64,000 nucleotides of DNA from Candidatus Bruticola sp. Its GTDB lineage: Bacteria; Vulcanimicrobiota; Xenobia; Xenobiales; Xenobiaceae. Below, piece after piece: positions 19,397 to 30,400 of this stretch. Position numbers and translations under genes: made by a program. Location of the stretch: contig JBJEGD010000002.1 of the NCBI GenBank assembly GCA_051874735.1, forward strand, positions 32,001 through 96,000, read 5' to 3'. Each line of letters starts with the position of its first letter. Position 1 is the first letter of the stretch. The notes under the pieces are model-generated. The model was not told where the DNA came from. It saw only the letters and a list, made by a program, of their open reading frames with translations, and did not search any database.

Positions 19397-21069
19397 GTAT
19401 TTTACTTCCGTCGTTGCCCAAATCTAAGGGATATTTGGCCATAGTTTTAGACGCCCATACACCTTATATACGTCCGCGCCGATCTTTATCTCAACTGTAC
19501 AATGACGAGTACTGGCTTTTCGATCATATCTTAGACAGTTATTTCCCCCTGCTCGATTTGCTGGAACGACTTGACGCAGAAAATGTGCCCTACCGGTTAA
19601 CTATTTCCTTATCTCCTACACTTTTGGAAATGCTAGACAACAGCCGGATGCAAGAGCGTTTCGATCGCTATTTAGAAAAGAAAATAAGCTTGGCTGTACG
19701 GGAAGCCGATCGCTGCTTGTTCGAATTAGAACTAAGCGAATTAGTTGATCATTATTTATCCCGACTGCGTTACTATCGAGAAAAATTTAACTTTGTTTAT
19801 AACAGACAAATCATTTCTGCTTTTGCTAAATTGGCCAGTGATGGCTGTATAGAACTAATTACCACCACTGCAACTAACGCTATCTTGCCGATTTTGTATC
19901 CTTGCACCGCTTTAAGCAGAGCCCAAATAGAGACAGGAATAAATACCTTTCAACGCTGCTTCGGCTTTAAGCCACAGGGTTTTTGGCTGCCAGAGTGCGC
20001 CTTTAACCCAGGTTTAGAGAAACTATTGATAAAAAGTGGACTGCAGTATACTTACACTACAGCTTGCGAAAATATGGGAGCGATCCCCCATCCTGGGCAC
20101 GGAGCAGTTTCTCCCCTGCGCAACATAGACAACTTTGTTTTTTTCCCTGGAGACACGGAATCGGAGTTAGAAGTTTGGAGTGCTAAAAGCGGATATTATA
20201 ACGATTTCAGCTATAGAAACTGTTTCCGCGATCTCAGTGATGAAGTACCTGAACTTGATTTAAGTGATTTTGCTCCCTCAGGCCAAGACCGCCCTCAGAC
20301 TGGTTTTCGTTATTTCAGTAACGGAGCTTCTAATTCTTCCCAATATTACAATTTAGAACAAGGCCGCTCCATGGCTCAGATTCACGCTAAAGCTTTTTGG
20401 GGCAGCCGTAAGCGTCAGATAGAGCGCCTGCAGAACAAACTGGAACATCCTCCGCTTATTACTTTAACTCTAAATGCGGAGTTCTTCGGCTGCATGTGGT
20501 ACGAAGGGTATATCTGGCTGGAGAACGTTATCAGACTGGCTGCTGCGAAACCAGAAACCTTAAGCTTAGCTTCAAGCGGCCAGTTGCTTAAATATAAGGA
20601 GCAATTTGAATTTGCCATACCCAATATCGGCTCGTGGATGGACGGAGGCTTTGGAGCCAGATGGCTCAATAGCGGCAACGATTGGCTCATTATAGCCTTA
20701 AATATTGCCTCACGCCACATGTACGAAATGGCTGCAGCAGGGAACAAAAACGCGGAAATGCATCAAGCTGTCAATCAGGCTCTGCGTGAATTAATGTTGG
20801 CCCAATCGGCAGATTGGCCTCTGCTTCTGTCTTCAGGGCAAAGCATTCAAACAGCCCGCCGTAAGCTGCGCAATCACCTAGTAGCTTTTAACAAACTCTA
20901 TGAAGATTGCCAAAACGGCAGGGTCGACCTGGAGTCGCTGCGAAATTTGCAGGAGCGTACTCCGCTTTTTACTGATCTTAATTATCAAGACTTTTTTACT
21001 GAAGGTGAGTTTATAAATTATGGACGCCCCCAGTCTCCCACGTCATCAATACGTTCTGCTTCGCCTTAA
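19393..21069 (+). CDS. GH57 1,4-alpha-glucan branching enzyme-like protein (DUF1957 C-terminus), acid/base residue altered
   Basis: LDAHTPY, GFWLPECAF, NAEFFGCMWYEG, QALRELMLAQSADW. Confidence 0.9.
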   Translation: MSILLPSLPKSKGYLAIVLDAHTPYIRPRRSLSQLYNDEYWLFDHILDSYFPLLDLLERLDAENVPYRLTISLSPTLLEMLDNSRMQERFDRYLEKKISLAVREADRCLFELELSELVDHYLSRLRYYREKFNFVYNRQIISAFAKLASDGCIELITTTATNAILPILYPCTALSRAQIETGINTFQRCFGFKPQGFWLPECAFNPGLEKLLIKSGLQYTYTTACENMGAIPHPGHGAVSPLRNIDNFVFFPGDTESELEVWSAKSGYYNDFSYRNCFRDLSDEVPELDLSDFAPSGQDRPQTGFRYFSNGASNSSQYYNLEQGRSMAQIHAKAFWGSRKRQIERLQNKLEHPPLITLTLNAEFFGCMWYEGYIWLENVIRLAAAKPETLSLASSGQLLKYKEQFEFAIPNIGSWMDGGFGARWLNSGNDWLIIALNIASRHMYEMAAAGNKNAEMHQAVNQALRELMLAQSADWPLLLSSGQSIQTARRKLRNHLVAFNKLYEDCQNGRVDLESLRNLQERTPLFTDLNYQDFFTEGEFINYGRPQSPTSSIRSASP

Positions 21070-21416
21070 CACACTTAAAGGTTAGACCCAAGACTTGCTT
21101 GACAATTGAAGCAAAATGGTGTCCGATCCAGAAAAGTACCAACTTCTAAGCGCAAACATATCCAAAGAGGTGTCTACATCCTTAAGTTTGATATAAGATC
21201 TGTCTGATGATGCCAACATTCCAGAACTTATAGAAGCATACAGTATCGTCTTTTTTTAACTTAAAGATCAGTATTGGTAAAATGCTTACCAGTACTACTG
21301 AAGCGCAAAATTGTCAACAACTTCAGAAGCTAGAGCAGGAAATAACTCCTGTAGTCGATTCCTGGTTACAACTATAGGATAACTTAATTCTTCATCTTTT
21401 CTCTGAAAAATAAATC

Positions 21417-22997
21417 GTGTTAAAAAGCTTATTAAAAAACGGTTGCTTTTATACTTTTATACTTTTTCTCGGTTTGGCTATGCTATTAGTAGCCTCATTG
21501 AACCGTGCTACTCAAAGGCAGCAACAGATCAAATATTTAACCAACTTAGCTGACAACCTTAGTTCCCAAAATACAACTGAAGGCAGCTCTCCCGATCTGC
21601 ATAAATCTGTAAAATTAGCTCTGACTGATGATCTGGGCAGCGAACCTTTCAAGTTACTACCCTCTATTTATAATGGGATTTTGACCACTGACGTCTACTC
21701 CGATACAGCAGATATAGTTAAAGATCTCAATAACGGGAATCTCGACTATGCTGTTATGGAATACAGCCAAATGGTCAAATACAAGCATATGGGAGCAAAG
21801 CTGGAAAGTATTCTTCCTTGCTATAGCACAGAAATAAAGTATTGTTTAATTAGAAACATCTACTCTTCAGGGCCTTGTACCTCTGTAGCTTACGTATCGG
21901 GCAGCCCCAGCGAATATTATTCTATTCTTTTAAATAATGAAACCGCAACCGGCATACTCAATCCAAGCTTTAAACGCATCTCTGTAAAATCCACCGCTGA
22001 GGCGGTGCGTCTAGTAAAGCTTGGAGAAATAGACGGAGCCTTATTTGATGCCAAAGATCGGCTGCCTGCCGGAGTAAAAATTGCAGCTCAGTTTCAGCCG
22101 CAAGTTTTTTACTATATGCTGGTTGTCAATTATAAGCTTAATCCACTTCTGTTCCAATACGCTGCTTCGCGGACATTTTCTAATTCAGAAAAGGCCGCTT
22201 TAGATGTGAGTGATACTATTTACAAGCTGAATGACAAGCTAAAAACCTCTAAACAACACGGTTTGCTGCTCAACTCTATGAAACGCCTCAACCCAGAAGG
22301 GGCCAATCTATGGAAACAGGCCATGACTCGCGGCAGTATTTGTTACATAGGCAAAGATAGCTTAGCGCCCTCTAGCCCCAATCACTCCCCAAACCTATCA
22401 TATCTATACTCAAAATACAACGATATGGGGCTGTCTATCTTAACTAACTGGAGACTTGCCGGCACCTACGATTTTCCTCACCAAGAAAAAGAGGACAGCA
22501 GCAGACTAGCCTATTATTCAAATACAGTATCCTCCTTATTGGCAAAATACGATATAGCTGATAGATATAAATTCAAAAATTCCCCTCCCCGATGGTCCGC
22601 CGAAGACTCAGAGGAATCTGAGAAAAGCGGCAAATCATACCCATTAAAATCTCAGGACCAGCCCAACTACGAAAGCCCAACCGACGCTCAGTCAGAATTT
22701 ACAGACGATTCATCCGCAGATAATCCATCTTTATCTGCAACTGATAAGCAGTCGGAAACTTCTCCCCAATCTGCTCCTACCAAAAAATACAAAAAAAATA
22801 AAAATTCCTCAGCTACTCCCAAGTGGAAAGCGGAATCAACTAAACATAGCAAAACGGATCAGCATGGCCTCTCAGAATCAAGCGATAGACCTGTTTCTGA
22901 TAAGGAGCTATTCAAAGAAGAAATAGATCGGGGGCTTCTGCCGCCTCCACCGGAGGTACCTCCTGCGCCCAAAATTTCTGACGAATTAATAGAGTAA
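21417..22997 (+). CDS. Membrane-anchored hypothetical protein, possibly a periplasmic-binding-protein fold, with low-complexity tail
   Basis: N-terminal TM; DLNNGNLDYA and LVKLGEIDGA segments resemble type II SBP motifs. Confidence 0.6.
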   Translation: MLKSLLKNGCFYTFILFLGLAMLLVASLNRATQRQQQIKYLTNLADNLSSQNTTEGSSPDLHKSVKLALTDDLGSEPFKLLPSIYNGILTTDVYSDTADIVKDLNNGNLDYAVMEYSQMVKYKHMGAKLESILPCYSTEIKYCLIRNIYSSGPCTSVAYVSGSPSEYYSILLNNETATGILNPSFKRISVKSTAEAVRLVKLGEIDGALFDAKDRLPAGVKIAAQFQPQVFYYMLVVNYKLNPLLFQYAASRTFSNSEKAALDVSDTIYKLNDKLKTSKQHGLLLNSMKRLNPEGANLWKQAMTRGSICYIGKDSLAPSSPNHSPNLSYLYSKYNDMGLSILTNWRLAGTYDFPHQEKEDSSRLAYYSNTVSSLLAKYDIADRYKFKNSPPRWSAEDSEESEKSGKSYPLKSQDQPNYESPTDAQSEFTDDSSADNPSLSATDKQSETSPQSAPTKKYKKNKNSSATPKWKAESTKHSKTDQHGLSESSDRPVSDKELFKEEIDRGLLPPPPEVPPAPKISDELIE

Positions 22998-23044
22998 GAG
23001 CTGGCTTTTTTTACTACCAAAAGCTTTGCACCTACTCGGAACTA

Positions 23045-23092
23045 AAGCAAATAAGCTGCCCTCTTCTTAAGAAGAGGGCAGCTTATTTGCTT
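23045..23092. terminator. 48-bp perfect palindrome, bidirectional terminator
   Basis: aagcaaataagctgccctcttctt|aagaagagggcagcttatttgctt between convergent genes. Confidence 0.85.
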
Positions 23093-23148
23093 ATAAACAG
23101 ACCGCTAACAGTATGTGAACCGCAGCAGTCTTTCTTATTCGAGCCTAC

Positions 23149-24312
23149 TTAAAATAAGGGAGTTCCCAACTTCATGGCTTCAACACCGAAAACTTTAGCT
23201 AAAGTCGCAGAAATATCAGCAAAAGTCTCACGATTGCCTAAATTGATACCTCCCGGAATCTGTTTAGAAAATACTAAAATAGGAGCGTATTCTCGAGAGT
23301 GATCAGTACTGGGACTCGTAGGATCGTTGCCATGATCTGCTGTCAGCATAATCAGATCATTATCAGTCATCTTATCCATGATAGTCTTGAGATAACCATC
23401 AAAAGTTTCTAACGCTCTGGCAAATCCCGGGGCGTCCTGTCTATGACCGTAAAGCATATCAAAATCTTCAAAATTAGTGAAGATAAACCGGCAGTCGGTG
23501 TCCATCGCCTCTAAGGTAGCTTTAAAATGCTCCTCGTTACTTTGAGTGCGTTTTTTCCAAGCGAAGCCGCGTCCATCGAAAACTTCAGGAACGACACCGA
23601 TACCCGCAACCTTTATACCCGTAGCAGCTAAACGATCTATGATATTCTCTGGAGGCTTAATGGGGAAATCTTTACGCCTTTCAGTACGACGGAAAGCCCC
23701 CGGCTGACCTTCGAAAGGACGAGCGATAACGCGCTGCACACCATGATCACCAGTCAAAATTTCTCTAGCGATTAGACAAATCTCGTAGAGACGCTCAATA
23801 GGAATAACATCTTCATGACAAGCAATCTGGAAAACACTGTCGGCGCTGGTATAAAGAATAGGATATCCGGTCGCCATATGTTCGGGGCCCAAATCGTCAA
23901 TAATTTTGGTACCAGATGCAGGATAATTACCTAAAATTTTAGTGCCAATCCGCTTTTCAAATTCTTCAACAATTTCGGTCGGGAAGCCATTAGGATAAGT
24001 TGGGAAGGCTTTTTCAACCGTTACTCCCATCATTTCCCAGTGACCGGTAACGGTATCTTTACCGCCTAAAGAACGCTCGCGCAGCCTGCCGTAAGAGCCT
24101 ATAGGATTTGCCAAAGGAGCTCCGCCGACGAGAGTCAGAGCATTGCCCAATCCTAAAGAACGCAGCGTAGGAATAGAAATGCCGCCAACGGCCTTAGCAA
24201 CGTTTACCAACGTGTTGCCGCACAGCTCGCCCTTATCACCAAAAAGCTCGGCGTCGGGGGCAGTACCGGCGCCGCAGCCATCCATAACAATCAGAATAGC
24301 TCTTTCGATCAT
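23149..24312 (-). CDS. deoB: Phosphopentomutase
   Basis: IVMDG.G.G..PDA, KDTVTGHWE, YTSADSVFQIA, DMLYGHR, TADHGND. Confidence 0.96.
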   Translation of the reverse strand: MIERAILIVMDGCGAGTAPDAELFGDKGELCGNTLVNVAKAVGGISIPTLRSLGLGNALTLVGGAPLANPIGSYGRLRERSLGGKDTVTGHWEMMGVTVEKAFPTYPNGFPTEIVEEFEKRIGTKILGNYPASGTKIIDDLGPEHMATGYPILYTSADSVFQIACHEDVIPIERLYEICLIAREILTGDHGVQRVIARPFEGQPGAFRRTERRKDFPIKPPENIIDRLAATGIKVAGIGVVPEVFDGRGFAWKKRTQSNEEHFKATLEAMDTDCRFIFTNFEDFDMLYGHRQDAPGFARALETFDGYLKTIMDKMTDNDLIMLTADHGNDPTSPSTDHSREYAPILVFSKQIPGGINLGNRETFADISATLAKVFGVEAMKLGTPLF

Positions 24313-24446
24313 GATGCAATCCTTTTTCCTGTTTTTCAAGGATGATTCCTGCCTAAACCAGATTTGATATTCTGCACAAAATATAACGCCGAGTCTGCTC
24401 TGAGTCTGGAGCTAAACTCGGCGTAATCTTAGGCAATCAATAAGAG

Positions 24447-27400
24447 TTACTTAATAATCACCTTAATGCTGCCAGTCCGGCCAAACACTTCAGGAGCATA
24501 CATCTCTTCAGCTTTGGCTGGGGGTACAACAAAAGTGCCTGGTGAAGAAGCGCGACAAATAAAGGAATACTTATATTCGCCTCCTGGCATAATCAGGCTG
24601 AAAACCTCAGCCTTATCATCACGCAGATTTTGATGATCAAACGGATTAAACTGAAAATACGACCAATAAGGCAAAGGCTGCACTCGCTCTTGATCATCAT
24701 TGGGCAATTCTTCCGTCATTTTGAGAGCGCTGTTCAAAATTTCACATCCAGCCGGAAGAGGCACACTCAAAGCTACATGGGCTCGACGCGCCGGAGCTAC
24801 CAACGTAGTGCTGCAGCGCACCCGACTACCCAACTTAAATTTCCAAGTACTGCCGTCGATGCGGCGTACATCGTTCGGATCATCTACTCCTTCATAAGTA
24901 CGCGCTACTGCGAAACCAGCCTCAATAGGTTCAGACTTAAGATTCTTGAGAGCATACTTAAGACCTAAACGATAATAAAGACGTCCTGGTCCATTCTTGG
25001 CTACAATTAAATTGCTTTGATCTTCAATAAATTCCATGGGAACGTGGCTGACTTGATAATCAGTGCTCCGTCCTTGGAACTTGTGCTTACCTACATAATC
25101 GCGCCCCAACCAAAGATTTACAGCGAAATCTGGAGTTACCGATTCGTAAGTACGGAAGTACTTATTCAAGGCCATAACCACCATAGCGTTGGCCTGGGTA
25201 GTATCCCAACTGCCGTGACGACGTCCATCTAAAAGAGAGCGCACCAGCTTAGGAATAACTGAGTTCTTAGGATTATCGAACATTAAAGCTGACAACAACA
25301 CAGCTTCGTCTCTAAACCTAGAGTTCAGAATTAAGTAATCTCCCTGCTTGGCGAATTCCCCAATATTGACCTTTTCTGCAGTTTCAGTAATTTTGTTGTT
25401 AATCTGACGTCTGATTTCATCAGCTAACGCCTTATCACCGATTGCATCTTTAATAACCGGCAAATACCATCCTAAAGTATCTAAATACACCTTAGAAAGA
25501 TCTTCTTTTTTCAGCTCCGTATAATGATTCGTGACCTTTCGCCCAGCCTGCCACAGCACATTGTCGGCATAAGCAGCCACATTAAGTCTGGCTTGGCGAT
25601 TGTACTTGCGAGGATCAGAGGTTTCCTCGTAAGCTCGGGCAGCATACCTCAAAGCTTTGTTGTACATATCGTCATTAACTTTGAACCCATGGGCTCGAGC
25701 TGTTACCAAAGCTTGCGCACAATGGACTGACACGAAGGGCAGAACACACTTATCTGCTGTCCACAAACCAAAACCGCCACGGCTGTTTTGACGCTGCTGC
25801 AACTTTTTCAAAGAAGCAGCCATAAAGTCGTCGAGTGCTTCCTGACTTGGAACTCCCTCAGCTTTGAAACTGTGCAGCACATCTTTAAGATTGGCAATGA
25901 CGATAATACGTGAAGCTAACTGTTCGGAACAATCAAAAGGATATTCGCACAGATAAATTACAGCATCGGTCAATTCTTGCAGCGCTGTAGACGAAGTTGA
26001 GATATCCAATCCACCGAATTGTTTAAAGCTTTCTCTAGGCCGCTGCAAAGGCTGTCTGAGAACCTGATTGTCATCTATGGTACCGTAAGTAGCGAAACCT
26101 TCTGTAGTGCAGGGAGTATAAACCGGCAAAACGCACTGAGCACTATCAGAGTATTTGCTTGAAGCAGCGGCCACTTGTATAGTAGCCTGACCAGCTTGCT
26201 CCGTTTCCATGGGAATAAGCACTTCACGACGATCGTTAGCCGGAATGCGACAAGTGTAGGCGCCAGGCGCCACAACTTTTAAGTTAACAGCTCTAGCAGC
26301 GATCTGAACGTTGAGAGGTTGGGAGGTCTGATTGTGCAGAACCACCGGAAGACTAAACTTATCTCCAAAATTCAGAAAACGCGGAGCGCTAGGACGCACC
26401 ATTAAAGGAAGTCTAGCAGTCAGGCTACTTTCACCTAAACCGAAACGCGATTTTTTATCGGCAGCTACAGCTACTACGCGATAGCGGGTTAAGTTATCCG
26501 GCAGCACTACTTTATGCGATATTTTGCCTTCAGCGTTAGTTTTCAAAATGGCAGCGAAGGCGGCTAAAGGATTAAAATTGGAACGAAGAGCTATCTCTGC
26601 CTCGGCTGGCCCGGCTTCACCTTCAGCCGGAGCAGCAGCATCCTCCGTTACTACAGCCATCGATTTAGCCATGGGAGACATACTTCTGCCCGCCACAGAC
26701 ATTTTGTCTACAGAATTCATCATAAAGAGATTTTGACCGTAATCATCACTTATGCGACTTCTGGCAGATAATTGCTGTACGAGTTTAGGCTTCTGATTAT
26801 TGAGTATAACTAAAGAGCGCACATAGTCGAAGAAAGTTAGATCGGGCTGAGCGCTATAAAAATCTAACAGGGGATTATGTATGGAATAACCGCTTAAAGC
26901 CCACACAGATTCATCGACCACAACCAAAGCGACTTCAGCATCAGTTACTGGCCGCCCCTGACAGTCGGATACGCAAACTTTAATTTCCGTCTGACCGCCC
27001 GGTTCTACCCCCTGCTCTTTAGGCTCAACCTTCACTTGCAGCTCTTTTTCTTTAGTACTAACTTTAATGCTCAAAGTATTAACTGCGTAAGCAGGGCGTT
27101 GAGTATTTTTAATTTTGGCCCCAGAGCTGTCAACTCGCTCATCGGCACCACTGACAGAAACGGTAAGTTTAAACCCTGGCAACCAATTCTCGCTGACCGG
27201 AATTTTAAGCATAGCATTAGTTCCGTTGATAGCAAACGACTGACTCTGGGCGATACCGTTGCGAGAGATAGTGTAAACGCCATGCTTAGCCACAAAAGGA
27301 GACTGGATCGCAATTTCTGCGGTCTGGCCAGGCTGATATTCCTGACGATCGGGAATAAGCGTCAATTCCTGCTTCTCAATTTTTTCTTTAGCTAAACCTG

Positions 27401-30400
27401 CAGCTTGGAAGGCTCCCACCCAAATACGCACGGTAGTTTCATTGACGCGCCCTTGATTGTCACTAATCTGAGCGCGAACACGCCATAATCCGGACTCGCT
27501 AAAAGGCAGAACTTTCTGTACGGGCTTATCTGCAGAGACAAGCTCATCATTTATAACTTTCAGCTCCCTTTCCACTGCCTTGCCCGAAGAATCGTAAACA
27601 TTATCCACTCTAGCCAGTTGTAAACTTATTTTACGGCCAGCCACAGCCTTACCTTCGGTTGATACAGCTATAAATTCCACACAAGGCTTGACGAAATGTT
27701 CATAACGGAACTTATCAGGTTTGATACCAACATAAAGTTTAGCTGGATGAACCAGAAAAGAGGTACGATCTGACCAAGTTTGTCGATTAACATCGCTGAC
27801 AGCAGCAGAAATACTCATGCTTATCGGCTCAATAGGCTGAGCTGTGCCTAAGCTGACATCAAGCGCACTTTGGCCAAGACTATCAGTAACCAAGTTTAGA
27901 GAATGTTTAGCTTCAACTTTATCGTCTTCTAAAAAACGGCTCCACCAAGGGCGCCACTGGCCGAAGATAAATTTATGCCATCCAGGAGGGGCATAAGAAG
28001 TCCTTCTAGCTTCCGCTCTCCAAATTACGGGAGAAGAACTGACAGCTCCCCCAGCAAAGTAGCTGGCTTTAGCACTGACGCGAACGCGCTCTCCCATAAA
28101 ATGATCAGTACCTTCAGTTTGGGCTGCCACTTCAAACTCGGGGCGACGGAATTCTTGAACTTCAAAATTATAAGAAAACTCCCGCGCAGCAAAATTACCA
28201 GGACAATCCGGCGCATTTAAAAGCACCCTAGCCCTTCCTAAATTCATATTGCTAGGCAGATTAACTGAAAAATCGAAACCACCGCAGCCAGAAAGAGCAC
28301 TTGTGCCTGTAGCAAGTTCTGCTCCTCTGGGATCGGTAAGCTTCCAATTTATTTGTTTTAATTTATCATCGAGAAAAGCATTGGCTTCCGGTCCTCTGCA
28401 TACAGAGCGAATCCAGCCTTTGACAGATAAAGTTTCTCCTGGACGATACAAACCGCGATCGCTGAATACGCTCCAGAGCAGATTGCGGTCATTATTCAGC
28501 CTTCTTACAGCAACAGAATAAAATAAGGCATCTTTTTTGTAGCGGACTAAGGCGTGTTTGTTTTTTTGGTGGTCGTATACTTTGGCAAAAATAGCTTGAC
28601 CGTTACCATCAGTTTCCACCACTTCACCGTCAAATTCAACTGAAGCTCCCTTAATAGCCTGTCCGCTTTTTAAATCGGTCACATAAACATAGAGATGGGA
28701 ACTATCAGCCACAGTGTCAGCGGCTAAAGAAGAAGACTGCAGCCAGACAGCCTTGCCAAAATGATAGTGATCTCTGCGTGATCCGTACTCTAAAGCTAAT
28801 ATAGCTAAACATGGACCATCAGCAAAAGCCTCTGAGACATCGATCTGAGTCTGTACATACTCATTTTTGCCTGCTTTTACTTGGAAAGTCTTTTCCCAAA
28901 CTAGGCTGCCAGCCCCCTCATATTTGTCTAAATTTTCAAAGTAAAGGCTAGTTTTAGCCGAAAAATCGCGGAAATTAACTTTAAAAAGCTTGGCTTTGAA
29001 ACTACTGACCGCTCCGGTATAAACAGAATATGTGTTAGGACTGTCCGGATCTAACACATGAAAATTGAATCTATCTCCGGGCATATTTATATATGCTTCC
29101 ATCGGACCGACATTAAAGGCAAGTTTCCTCGCTCTACTTCCCAACTGCTGAGAATATATGTCGCAAATTTCAGGATTCAGCTTAACTGTATACTTAGTAT
29201 CAGCCTTAGTATCGCCACTGATAACAAGTTGGGATCCTACTACGGAAACGTGCACAGATTCGAGTGGAGGAGTAATGCTTTTTATTAAATTTGCGGTATT
29301 TACTCCAGAGGCTTCAAGCTGATTATTAAAGTAAATAACCCACTTCTCTCCTACCCCCAACTCATTATTGCGCCAATTTCTTTCACAGTTAGTTCCAGTA
29401 ATTTCCAAAGGATTAAAAGTTCGGAAAGAACTGCTCTGCTCCGCCTCAGTAATCAGCGGACCTTCAGCAGATGAACTTCCTTTAGATAAAATTATAGAAT
29501 AGTCGGAGGCCGCTTTAAGCGGGTGAGCGGGTTTGAAAGCTACCCAATGATCTTCAGGCAAATCCCGCAAGACTTTAACTGCCTCAGATGTTGAAGGCAA
29601 TTGCTTAAGCGTTAAAAAATTAATCTCGGTACGAGCCGAAAGACGGCCATTTTCGGCCAAGATCAGCTGCTTACGCATCTTCTCAAGATCAATTTTTTGA
29701 TTAAAAACGGCATAACATACGGGAGAAGGACTTACGCCTTCCCCTTGAGGGTACGCTTGAAGGAGTTTAAGTCTCTCTGTTTGGAACGAAAATTTGTACT
29801 CTTTGCCTAACTGACGGCCGGCCGCATCTTGCAAGGAAGCGGGTACAACAACTTCATAATCTGAGGACATAGGCATATAGTGGCCGGCTGGTTCAAATAC
29901 GGCTGTTTTAGTGCCCAGCCACCGCCAATGGCCTGCCACCTCCGGCTTAATTTTAGCAGGAGCTATAGCTCTGGTCCCGTCAACATCCTGAAGAGCCACC
30001 ATAGGCTGACTAAAAGTTAAACTTACGTAAGGAGCGACCGACACAGAACCTTGCGGAGAGAAACGCTCCAAAACGGTCAAAGGCGTCTCAGCATTTATAG
30101 TCTGATTAGCTGAAAGTTCCATATCTTTATTGGCTGGAAAAGGAACTTCAATATTTTTTCCGCCGCGTGGAGCTGGGATAGAGTCTTCTCGGCGATAGAA
30201 CTCTTGGGCGGATGATTTATCAGGCAGGTTTGGAAGACGCTGCAGCAGTTTCTCCCTGGCTGCGCTATCTAGGGGCTGACATACTGCAGATGCGTTAGGT
30301 GCAGTCGACTTCGAGCCGACGCCTTCACCTGGCGAAAGCATAAAATCGAATGTTGGCACTTTAGAGCTACCTCCATCGCTGCTAGTTTTTTCTCTGGATA

